Shown here: piece after piece, positions 32,001 to 40,400 of the stretch
Layout of the letters: the number at the start of each line of letters is the position of its first letter
Position numbering within the stretch: the stretch's first letter is position 1
Origin: an uncultured Gemmatimonadales bacterium
Lineage (GTDB): Bacteria > Gemmatimonadota > Gemmatimonadetes > Gemmatimonadales > GWC2-71-9
Assembly: GCA_963841505.1 (NCBI GenBank)
Contig: CAWJCZ010000006.1
Coordinates: 139,573-203,572 of the forward strand
DNA length: 64,000 nt
Direction: 5' to 3'
The notes under the pieces: model-generated
Seen by the model: only the letters and a program-made list of their open reading frames with translations
Told to the model about the DNA's origin: nothing
Databases searched by the model: none
Translations under genes and position numbers: made by a program

Positions 32001-32306
32001 GGTGCCGACGTAGATCACCGCCGGATTGGAGGGCGCGACTGCAACCGCGCCGATGGATCCGGTGGACTCCCGGTCGAAGATCGGCCCCCAGGTGGAGCCG
32101 TAGTCGGTGGAGCGCCAGACCCCGCCGTTGTCGAAGCCGACGTAGAAGACATTCGGCTGGCTCGGCACCCCGGAGAGGGCCCGGGTCCGCCCCGCGCGGG
32201 TCGGACCGATCCCCCGCCATCGCAGGTCCCGATAGAGATCGGAGGTCTGCGCGAAGCCGGCTTGCGCCGAGAGGGTAAGGGCGAGAGTGGCAAAGAGGAT
32301 GCGCAT
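29025..32306 (-). CDS. Secreted VPS10/BNR-repeat glycosyl-hydrolase-like protein
   Basis: Signal peptide; LRWRGIGPTRAGR; many Asp-box repeats (RSTDYGSTW, KSADGGTTW, VSFDDGEHW); THGRGFWILDD. Confidence 0.9.
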   Translation of the reverse strand: MRILFATLALTLSAQAGFAQTSDLYRDLRWRGIGPTRAGRTRALSGVPSQPNVFYVGFDNGGVWRSTDYGSTWGPIFDRESTGSIGAVAVAPSNPAVIYVGTGAGIIRPDLATGDGLYKSVDTGRTWTRLGLADTRMIAHIDVDPTNPDRLFVAALGHPYAPNPERGIYRSTDGGRTFEKVLFKDDYTSGNDVRIDPADPRIVYAALWQQQQSFVEGGSFGGASGGIFKSADGGTTWHQVTDGLPAVVQANLAVAASKPGMLYAMVAGAQSANPGNSNPPTSGMYRSTDSGEHWTVVTRGPGTEAPGATLDPRPLGRIGGGDLPTIVVDPRHEDVVYSASVVMWRTEDGGHSWSAIRGAPGGDDYQKIWINPNNSDIILAVADQGAVVSANRGESWSNWYTQPTAAMYHVTADYAFPYRLCGGQQDSGSACVDSRSDDGEITFHDWHPVNIQEYGIAAPDPRNPDLVYGSARNGVSLYNRKTGQSTQVGPDQSQRGEAYGRNVRTMPLSWSPANPDVLFYASNVVWKSIDRAQSWTRISPDLARQTWEVPANAGKYAASVTPRPQGAITALGLSPRNVNVIWAGTDDGNIQVTMNGGRIWRNVTPPGIKPWTRIFNLEAGQFDTLTAYAAANTMRVDDDNPHFYRTHDGGRSWTEINTGIAMGAVANSIREDPRQRGLLYAATDTQVWVSFDDGEHWESLRLNMPAISVRDIRIKDDSTCFCADLVAGTHGRGFWILDDITPLRQVAEARRAKQEQSAYLFKPVTAVRVRAGTNDPTPWPPEIPAGENLTAGAIIDYYLGAPAGGPVTLEILDTAGAVIRRYSSADPVPPNPASDPVAYDRMCRQNPGAPHCGLPLYWPAPAEHLDASPGMHRFPWDMRYEPITPDDGPQSGAISATGAVPHHTYPQVNSPWAPPGRYTVRLTANGKTYSQPLVLRLDPRVRIASTALARISALTREMYNGAKASHQAFVDARRLSTALQGAEGADAAAFRAKVDSLAPAPRPRGGFGGGFGGFGGGGQGPASLESVSNAMLAAAMSMQRAEVPPTAGQLAACDRARTQFREVMTRWGATKGGGLARLNGSRKAAGLPPVPFP

Positions 32307-32338
32307 GCACTCGGCTCCTGGGTTGTCCGGGTTAGGTC

Positions 32339-34557
32339 TCACCCGCCGGGGTGGTACTCCCGTTCGGTGCGGCCTTTGAGCTGGGACGGATAGAAATACA
32401 CCTGGCGCAGGTCGCCGGTGGCGTACCGTTTGGCCTGGTCGTTGAAGTGGGGGGATTTCGGGTCGCCGGAGAGTCCACCCGCCGTCACCGCGACGGCGCG
32501 CACGCTGTCGCCGAACTCGACGACGGCGACAAAGCTGTTCCCACTGGTCCCGTACCATTTCCGGGTGCCGGGATAGGATCGGGCCCCGAACGAGGCGAGG
32601 GACCCCCAGCGCGAGGAGGTGAAGCCGACCGGAAGGCTGGGGCCGGCATCATTGAACGGCTGCACGATGTCGCCGGTGAGCCGCTGAAAGCGATTGATGT
32701 TACCCCAGGGTGTCTTCCAGGTACCGAAATCGGCCGTCAGCTTGTCGGATGCGGCGCGGAGTGCCTCGAGAAGAATGCCGGGAGCGGTATGGGTGGCCAC
32801 GTACGTCTCCGGCATGACTCCGGCCCGGCGGGCATCTCCCATTACCCGGCGCCCGGCTTCTTCGCCCCAGAAGACCGCCAGCGAGGTGGGAATCGAAGAC
32901 TCCGACCAGCGATAGTCCCAGCTTTTCAGGGCACCGATCTGCTCGCGAAGCTGGTCCTTGAGCGCATCGCCGGCAGGGAGAGCCTCCCAGGCGGCGATCA
33001 GCGGCGGGAACATGCGCTCGAAGGCCGGCAGGTAGCTGTCGTACGCGGCGGCGCGGAGCGACTCGATGGTAAAGTCTTTTCGATTCTCCAGCACCCTGAG
33101 GGCGTGGTAGCCACGAGGGCTCTCCTCGCTTCCCCGCTCCACGTATCCGGGAAACTCGTTGCGCTTCGGACTGGCTGGCCCCGCGGCAGACCAGGGCCAG
33201 TTGTTGGAGTTGTAGAGCCAGCCGGTGGCGGGATTCAGGAGGTTGGGTGACTCGTCGATCGAGAGCACACCATTCCAGTCGGTGGCCGGGTCGCTGCCGT
33301 TCACCGGCTGGGTCCAGTCGATCCTGGTATCCCGCTTGGGAATGAAGTTCGCGTGGAAGTACGCGATGTTCCCCTTGGCGTCGGCGAAGATCGTGTTGTT
33401 GGAGGAGTTGGTGTGGAGCTCCATGGTCTTCCGGAACGCCTGATAGTCGCCGGCCTTGGTACGAGTGTACGACTGGATCAAGGCGTTGATCGGGTTCTGC
33501 ATGAGCCGGACACTCACCCACTTGTCGCCGGCCTTGCGAACGATCGGGCCGTGGCCGGTGCGATAGGTCGTAAAGGTGCGCTCCGCCATTCCGGCCGGAG
33601 TGCGATACTTGACGGTGACCGAAGACTTGTCCATCGGCCTCGGGCCGGATTCCCCGTAGCGATACCTCGGGCCACCCTGCCCCTGCACCACGGTTTCCAG
33701 GTACTCGTCGATATTGTCCACCCCGCTCGAAGTGTGCATCCAGCCGGCGTGCTCGTTGAATCCCTGATAGACGAAGAACTGCCCCCAGGTCACCGCGCCG
33801 TAGGCGTTCAGTCCTTCGTCGCTGGTCATCTGGAGCTCGGAGCGAAAATAGAACGAGGTGTGCGGGTTGATCAGCAGCAAGGCTCGGTGATTCCGCGTGT
33901 TGGAGGGTGCGATCGCGATGCCGTTTGAACCGGTCGGCTCCCGAAACGGTCCGGCGGCTTCCTGGTCGGTACCTCGATCCTGTGGCGTCGGTGTGCTCTC
34001 GCCATAGAACGCGCGGAGCTGATTGAGATTGATACGCTCGATGTCTCCCCCGATGCTGCCCTCGGTGAAACTGAGAGCCATCCAGGGTTCGAACCGGGTC
34101 AGCACCCGGGGTTTGACCTCGGGATGCCTGGAAAGGAAGAAGTTGAGCCCATCCGACCAGGCCTTCATCAGTCCCTTCAGCCAGTCAGGACTTTGCCGGA
34201 ACCACGATTTGAGGCTGTCTTCGCTGATGTAAAGCCGCATCCGAAGATCGCTCCAGATCGCGGTATCTCCTTCGGCTTCGGCCAGCCGGCCCATCGCGTT
34301 GAGATAGTTGACTTCGACCCGGTTGAAATCGTCCTCGGCCTGGGCATAGATCATCCCGAACACAGCGTCAGCGTCCGTTTTCCCCTGACGTGGGCGATGC
34401 CCCAGTTGTCGCGGGTGATCGTGACCTGCCTGGCTTCCTGATTCCAGCGGACCACTTCCGGTGAGTCGACCTGGTGGGAGAATCCGAAAAGACTGAAAAA
34501 ACCCGTGAGGGCCGCCGCGCCGAGGAGGGTGCGGCGTGATGTGACCGGGAATGTCAT
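32339..34557 (-). CDS. Penicillin/AHL acylase family Ntn hydrolase (S45), frameshift near 34380
   Basis: ITRDNWGIAHV, YAQAED, GSNG (catalytic Ser), LLINPH, NSNN; SRRTLL twin-Arg-like signal. Confidence 0.92.
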
Positions 34558-34582
34558 GAAGAGATTATAACGCGGATCTGGT

Positions 34583-34894
34583 TCAGCGGAGCCAGAAGGG
34601 ATCCTGCCAGCTCGCGGCGACCATGGCCCAGGCGAAAATGACGGCGCTGGCAAGGCCTGCGAAGAGCCGCAGGAGAAGAGAAACGCGACGCGGCGGGCGA
34701 ATCGCCTGCGGAAGCCAGATCCAGATCAGGATGAATCCGAGACCGTTACCGAGGGGGGTCACGGCCCAACGGGGAATCAGCTCGAACGAGGCAAGACCCA
34801 GGGCGAGCGAGAGACCCAGCAGAATGTTGAGGGCGATGAGTGGGACCACTCTCCCCCAGCGAGCCCTTCCCCGGGCCCGATCGTACAGAAACAT
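34583..34894 (-). CDS. Hypothetical 3-TM membrane protein
   Basis: 103-aa ORF with three hydrophobic segments filling the intergenic gap. Confidence 0.55.
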   Translation of the reverse strand: MFLYDRARGRARWGRVVPLIALNILLGLSLALGLASFELIPRWAVTPLGNGLGFILIWIWLPQAIRPPRRVSLLLRLFAGLASAVIFAWAMVAASWQDPFWLR

Positions 34895-34960
34895 GGCGAT
34901 CGCTTGTGCGGGTTCGAACGGATATCCTGCCAGTCTAATGCCGCTCCACCGACAGGTGAA

Positions 34961-34991
34961 GGGCCGGACCGGGCAAAACCCCGGTCCGACC
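34961..34991. terminator. GC-rich hairpin downstream of the LVIVD gene
   Basis: CGGACCGGG-CAAAAC-CCCGGTCCG inverted repeat; no clear U-tract. Confidence 0.4.
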
Positions 34992-35001
34992 TGACGCCCA
35001 G

Positions 35002-36850
35002 CTAGCGAGTGGCCAATTCCCGGACCGATGGCGAGAGCATCTTCACGCGCGCCTGGTCGCTCGAGCTCGCCGCATCGCGGTCGAGGTCGGACGAAAGGCG
35101 ATTCAGCGCATCGCTCCGGCGCGAGCCGGAGAGACCTTCCGCCGTGGCGAGCTCCCCACGGATTGCGCCGAGCCGGACGTCGGAGAGGCCCCGCGAGCGG
35201 GTCAGCTGGTCGACCAGGGCCCGGGCCACCACGAAGCTGGGCGGCCAGACGAGCTTCGGCTGCCCCTGGACATTGAGAAAGTCGAAATGCACCAGCTTGG
35301 CGGCTTCGATTTCGTTCCGGGTGAGATACCCGCTGGGGACCAGCTCGAAGACGTCGAGTCCGCGGGAGATCTCCGAGCTGTAGATGAATCCGTTGTACCA
35401 GTAGACCGACCAGGACCCTGCGTCCACCAGCTTGGTGGCGTCCATCGGACCCCGGTCGTGATAGGCGATCTCGACCGGGTGGGCCGGATCGGTCCAGTCG
35501 AACACCGAGATGCCGCCCTGATACCAGGCCTGTACCATGATGTCGCGGCCCGGTACCGGGATCAGCGAGCCGTTATGGGCCACGCAGTTTTCGAAAGAGG
35601 TCTGCGGAGCCGGCATCTTGTAGTAGCTCTGGAAGGTCATCTGGTTGCCGCTCAGGGTGAAGATCGCGTCGGCGCCCCACTCCATCTTGTCGGTGACCCG
35701 GCAACGGGGCGCGGCTCCCCCGCCCCACTCGTCGGAGAACAGGATCTTGCTTCCGTCGTTGCTGAAAGTTGCCGAGTGCCAGAAGGAGAAATTGGAATCG
35801 GCGACGGCCCCGATCCGTTTCGGATGGGCGGCGTCGCTGATATCGAGAAGCAGGCCATATCCTCCGCAGGCTCCACCGGCGAGCCCGATGGCCGGGTACA
35901 CCGTGATGTCATGGCACTGGTTGGGACCACCCTGACCGCCCGGGTTAGGGCGCCGGAAACCGCCGGGCGCCGGGGCGCCAGCGGCCTGCGCAGCAGCCCG
36001 ACGGGCCAGTACGGCAGAATCCACCGGCTCGGCGTGGCGGGGCGGCGCGGTCAATCCCTCGAAGATTCGTGGCGAGCTCACCAGCGCGGCCTTTTCGGGA
36101 GCGCGCCAGCGGCACCCGGATCACCTCGATCCTGAAATAGGCGGAGCCGGGATCCTCGTCGATCGGCCGGGCCGAACAGCCGGGAAGCTCAGCGGGTGAG
36201 CGAATCGGAGCCGAACCGGAAACGTAGATGTAGACGTTTGCAGGATCCTTGAGATCCTCGACCACCGTGTGGGTATGAGAGCCCCGGCAGGTCTGGACGT
36301 TGGCAACGTATTTCGGGTGCGCGATGTCGGTCATGTCGAAGATGCGGATCCCGCGGAGGCGCTCGTGGCTCACGGTGTCCTGCACCCCCTCCAACCCGCA
36401 ATCCAGCCGGCCGCTGGTCGATTCGCCCGACACAAACAGAAGGTTCCGGTAGACCGAGACGTCGCTCTGGGAACCGGGGCAGACGTACGCCTCCGCGAGC
36501 GTGGGCTTCACCGGATTCGCGATGTCCCAGACCTGCCACCCGCTGTAGTTCCCCTGGATCGCATACCGACCCAGGAACGACAGATCGGAATTGACGAGGC
36601 GACGGTCTCCGGGGGTACTCGGATTCAGGAATGACGATGAGGGCGGCGTTTTCGAGACGACTTTGAGGTTCCACACCGCTTCGCCAGCATCCATCCACCC
36701 CGCCTTGAGCCCAACCCGGGGATCAGGCGACGGCGCCCGGGTCGACATCCCGAGCTCCGGTGGGGGCGCCGAGCCCGCCGGGGACCCCGCCTGGTGGGCA
36801 CACGCGCCGACGAGAAGGAGCGAGAATGTGAACGATCGGATCGGTGACAT
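35002..36850 (-). CDS. LVIVD-repeat lipoprotein (frameshift near 36100)
   Basis: Lipobox VGAC; NSDLSF, CPGSQSDVSV, GIRIFD, CRGSHTHT, CHDITV, WHSATF, CVAHNG. Confidence 0.88.
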
Positions 36851-36862
36851 GGATTGCCCTGG

Positions 36863-37486
36863 TTAGAAGTCCTGGCCGGCCTGCGGAATGGAAGCCAGCA
36901 TCTCGTACATACGGTCGATCTCGGTGGCCTGGTCGGCGTTGACGTCCGAGGCAAACTTGAACACCCATTCGTCCTGCGCTGCTCCCGGGGAGCCCATGAG
37001 GTGCTCCACCATGGTGAGCGCGCCCTGGTGGTGCTGGATCATATAGGTGAGAAAGAGCCGGTCGAACTCGGCGCCGCGGGCCTGATCGAGCTGGGTCATC
37101 TGTTCCGGGGTCAGCATCCCGGGCATCAGCACGACGTGATCCATCCCGGCCATCTGGTGGCCTCGGGGATCCGCCTCGGGAACCGGGAGGCTCCTGTCCC
37201 TGAGCCACCGCTGCATGAATGCGATCTCGTCCTGCTGTGCCACGACGATCCGCTCGCACAACGTTCGCACCGACGGACTCGCGCCGTGGCTCGGTGCCCA
37301 CCCGGCCATCAGAACGGCCTGGGCATGATGCGAGATCATGCCGGTCATGAACTGGATGTCGGCGTCGGTGACGGGAGGATGGCCGCCATCGGCCCGGGAT
37401 TTCTCCGCCGGAGTGGGCGACTGGGCCAAGCTCGCCCCGGGAAGCGCCGCGAGCAGCATCAACAGAAGCGAAGGGAAACGAATCAT
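36863..37486 (-). CDS. DUF305 domain protein
   Basis: DIQFMTGMISHHAQAVLMA, MPGMLT, FDRLFL..MIQHHQGALTM, Q..EI..M. Confidence 0.92.
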   Translation of the reverse strand: MIRFPSLLLMLLAALPGASLAQSPTPAEKSRADGGHPPVTDADIQFMTGMISHHAQAVLMAGWAPSHGASPSVRTLCERIVVAQQDEIAFMQRWLRDRSLPVPEADPRGHQMAGMDHVVLMPGMLTPEQMTQLDQARGAEFDRLFLTYMIQHHQGALTMVEHLMGSPGAAQDEWVFKFASDVNADQATEIDRMYEMLASIPQAGQDF

Positions 37487-38703
37487 CCGTTCACCGCTTC
37501 GCCCAGGATCTGCCGTGCGATGACCAGACGCTGGATTTCGCTGGTGCCTTCGCCGATTTCGCAAACCTTGGCGTCCCGCATCATGCGCTCGACCGGGTAT
37601 TCGGTGGTGTATCCGTAACCGCCAAAGACCTGGACCGCCTTGGTGGTGGTCCGCATGGCGAGCTCGGAGCAGAACAGCTTGGCCATGGCGGCTTCCTTCT
37701 TGTGGGGCTTCCCGGCCTGCTTCAGTCGAACCGCGTGGTAGAGCAGGTGCGACCCGGCTTCGATCTCGGTGGCCATATCGGCGAGCTGAAAGGAAATGCC
37801 CTGGAAACTCCCGATGTATCGCCCGAACTGCTTCCGGTGTCCGGCATATGCGCGCGCGGCTTCGTAAGCACCTTCCGCGATCCCCAGTGAGAGGGCCGCA
37901 ATGCCGATCCGGCCGGCGTCGAGCGTCTTGAGGAAGTTGACGAAGCCATCCCCGCGTTTCCCCAGCAGATTCTCCTTGGGGACCCGGGCATCGCGGAAGT
38001 GCAGCTCCCGGGTATCGCTGGCCCGCCATCCCATTTTCTCTTCTTTTCGCCCCGCGCTCACTCCCTCGATCTTGGGCAGCGCGTCGACGTGCCCCACCCC
38101 GACTTTGCGGCAGATTTCGAGATCCACGGTGTCCTTGGTCACGATGAAACTCGTGATGCCGTGATTGCCGGATCCCGGCTCGGTCCGGGCGGTGACCGAA
38201 AAGATCTCGCCGACCCCGGCATGAGTGATCAGGGTCTTGGACCCGTTCAGGACGAAGTGATCGCCCCGTTCCACCGCGGTCGTCGCGGTGCCGCCTGCAT
38301 CGCTTCCCGCCCCCGGTTCGGTCAGCCCGAATCCGCCCAGGACCTTTCCGCTGGCAAGCAGGGGGACATGGGCGCGCCGCTGGGCCTCGGTCCCAAATTC
38401 AAAGATGGGGGAGGTGCCGAGGTTGGTGTGGGCGGAGATCGTGAGGGCGTGCGAGGCATCGACTTTGGCCAGCTCATGGATCACGATGTAGTAGCTCAGG
38501 TGATCCATTCCGGTTCCGCCGAGCTCCTCGGGCCAGGGGACTCCCAGCAGCCCAAGCTCTCCCATCCGCTTGATGTTTTCCCAGGGAAACTCGCAGGTGC
38601 GATCGATGTCGCGGGCAATGGGGGCGACGTGCTCCCTGGCGAATTCGCGAACCATCGCCCGCACGTCCTGGTGATGCTGGGTGAAGTACAGAGAGTCGTC
38701 CAT
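37483..38703 (-). CDS. Acyl-CoA dehydrogenase (short/branched-chain type)
   Basis: FGLTEPGAGSD, LNGSK, GRIGIAA, RKQFG, VQVFGGYGY, IGEGTSEIQR. Confidence 0.96.
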   Translation of the reverse strand: MDDSLYFTQHHQDVRAMVREFAREHVAPIARDIDRTCEFPWENIKRMGELGLLGVPWPEELGGTGMDHLSYYIVIHELAKVDASHALTISAHTNLGTSPIFEFGTEAQRRAHVPLLASGKVLGGFGLTEPGAGSDAGGTATTAVERGDHFVLNGSKTLITHAGVGEIFSVTARTEPGSGNHGITSFIVTKDTVDLEICRKVGVGHVDALPKIEGVSAGRKEEKMGWRASDTRELHFRDARVPKENLLGKRGDGFVNFLKTLDAGRIGIAALSLGIAEGAYEAARAYAGHRKQFGRYIGSFQGISFQLADMATEIEAGSHLLYHAVRLKQAGKPHKKEAAMAKLFCSELAMRTTTKAVQVFGGYGYTTEYPVERMMRDAKVCEIGEGTSEIQRLVIARQILGEAVNG

Positions 38704-38751
38704 TACCCGTGAAAATAGGGGGACCTCACCCGAGTCGCTATCCGGTGCCGA

Positions 38752-40323
38752 TCAGCGAAGGGCTTCGAGAATGGTTCGACTGTAGGCGCCGGCCACCACC
38801 GGGCCTACCCCTTCGACCCGGGCCAGCGCTCCCTCGGTGTCCGGTGGTGATTCCGCCAATCGACGCAGCACTTGGGGCTCGAGCAGGCAGCCTTCCCACG
38901 GGGTACCCCGGGACCCGAGGACCAGGCGGAGCCGCGCCAGGCGTCGATCGACTTCGGGATTGGCGACCGGTCGCATGCCCCGGCGACCGCACACGTCGCA
39001 GCCGCTGCACCGGGGGAGCCGTTCGCCGAAGTAGGCAAGCAGGGTTCGGCGCCGGCAGCGCCGGTGCGTCGCGTAGCGTTCCATCACCGCGATCCGACCC
39101 TCCGCCTCTCGGCGACGCCGTCTGACCGAGGTCCAGTTGATCGGGCGGCGATCGGGCGAAAGCTCGCGGCGGAGTCGCTCGATGGATGCGAGGACGTTGC
39201 CGGGGATGCGCCGGGGATCTGCGGTGCCGTTCCAGACCGACTCCGCCAGCTTCTCCTCGGGAAAGGTGACTTCAAGCTGACGCCGGGGAAGCATGGCGTC
39301 TCCCTCCCGGAACAGGAGGAGACACCGGGCAAAGCGCCCATCGCGACCGGCACGGCCGGCTTCCTGATAGTATGCCTCGGGGGTCGCCGGAAGGCTCCAG
39401 TGCACCACGAGTCGCACGTCCGGTTTGTCGATACCCATGCCAAAGGCACACGTGGCAACGACGACGCCGAGCTCACCCTCCAGAAATTCCTGGAGCCGCA
39501 AGCGACGAACCTCGGGATTGAGCCCCGCGTGGTACGGTGCGGCCCGGTGCCCGGCTTCCACCAGCACCCGAGCCAGCTCCTCCACCAGATTTCGAGTCGG
39601 GGCATAGACAATGGCCAGGGCTTGCTGGAGACGGAGCACCCGCAGCAATGCAGCCATGCGCTCGCGCTCGGTTGCCACCGGTGCGACCCCGAACCAGAGA
39701 TTGCGCCGGTCGAACGAGCCAAGCACTGTCCGCGCGCCTCTGGCGCCGCCGAGGCCCAGGACCCGGGTGATGTCGGCGCGGACTGCGGGTGTAGCGCTTC
39801 CGGTAAGCGCAATGACCTGAGGCGACCCCAGGGCAGTGCGAAGACGTCGGAGGGTACGGTAGGCGGGCCGAAAATCCGATCCCCACTCGGTGATGCAGTG
39901 GGCCTCATCCACGGCGAGGAGCGAGGGTTGGACCTTGCGTTCGACCAGGTCTCGCGCCAGACGTGGTAAGCGCTCCGGTGAGGTGTACAGCAGGCGGATC
40001 TCACCACGCTCGACCTGCGCCATGACTTCGCGCTGAGCCGCGGCGGGCAGCGTGCTGTTGAGCGTCGCGGCAGGGAGTCCCCGGGCGCGGGCCGCAGCCA
40101 CCTGGTCCTGCATCAGTGAAATCAGGGGAGAGACAACAACGGTCGGTCCGCGATTCAGGAGGGCGGGAATCTGGAAACACACTGATTTGCCCCCGCCGGT
40201 CGGCAGGACGGCGAGCACATCTCTGCCCTCCCGCACCGCGGTGATGACGCGATGCTGGAGGGGACGAAACTCACGGTAGCCGAAATGGTATTGGAGGAGC
40301 GCCTCAGGAGTCGGGGGGGACAT
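38752..40323 (-). CDS. recQ: RecQ-family ATP-dependent DNA helicase
   Basis: LPTGGGKS, VDEAHC..WG.DFRP, TGSAT, FGMGIDKPDVR, QEAGRAGRDG, CRR..LL.YFGE..CSGCDVC, short HRDC-like tail. Confidence 0.93.
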   Translation of the reverse strand: MSPPTPEALLQYHFGYREFRPLQHRVITAVREGRDVLAVLPTGGGKSVCFQIPALLNRGPTVVVSPLISLMQDQVAAARARGLPAATLNSTLPAAAQREVMAQVERGEIRLLYTSPERLPRLARDLVERKVQPSLLAVDEAHCITEWGSDFRPAYRTLRRLRTALGSPQVIALTGSATPAVRADITRVLGLGGARGARTVLGSFDRRNLWFGVAPVATERERMAALLRVLRLQQALAIVYAPTRNLVEELARVLVEAGHRAAPYHAGLNPEVRRLRLQEFLEGELGVVVATCAFGMGIDKPDVRLVVHWSLPATPEAYYQEAGRAGRDGRFARCLLLFREGDAMLPRRQLEVTFPEEKLAESVWNGTADPRRIPGNVLASIERLRRELSPDRRPINWTSVRRRRREAEGRIAVMERYATHRRCRRRTLLAYFGERLPRCSGCDVCGRRGMRPVANPEVDRRLARLRLVLGSRGTPWEGCLLEPQVLRRLAESPPDTEGALARVEGVGPVVAGAYSRTILEALR

Positions 40324-40400
40324 CGCGAGCGCATGGTAGCCGGCTCTGCGATGAGCGCGTTAACCCGAATCGTGCGAGCGGGTTCGCTTCCTGGTCCCGC

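Noticed and set aside
40355..40390. Possible LexA site upstream of recQ
   Set aside because: Only one TTCGG half-site with no partner 11 bp away; it sits within a short AACCCG/CGGGTT inverted repeat.
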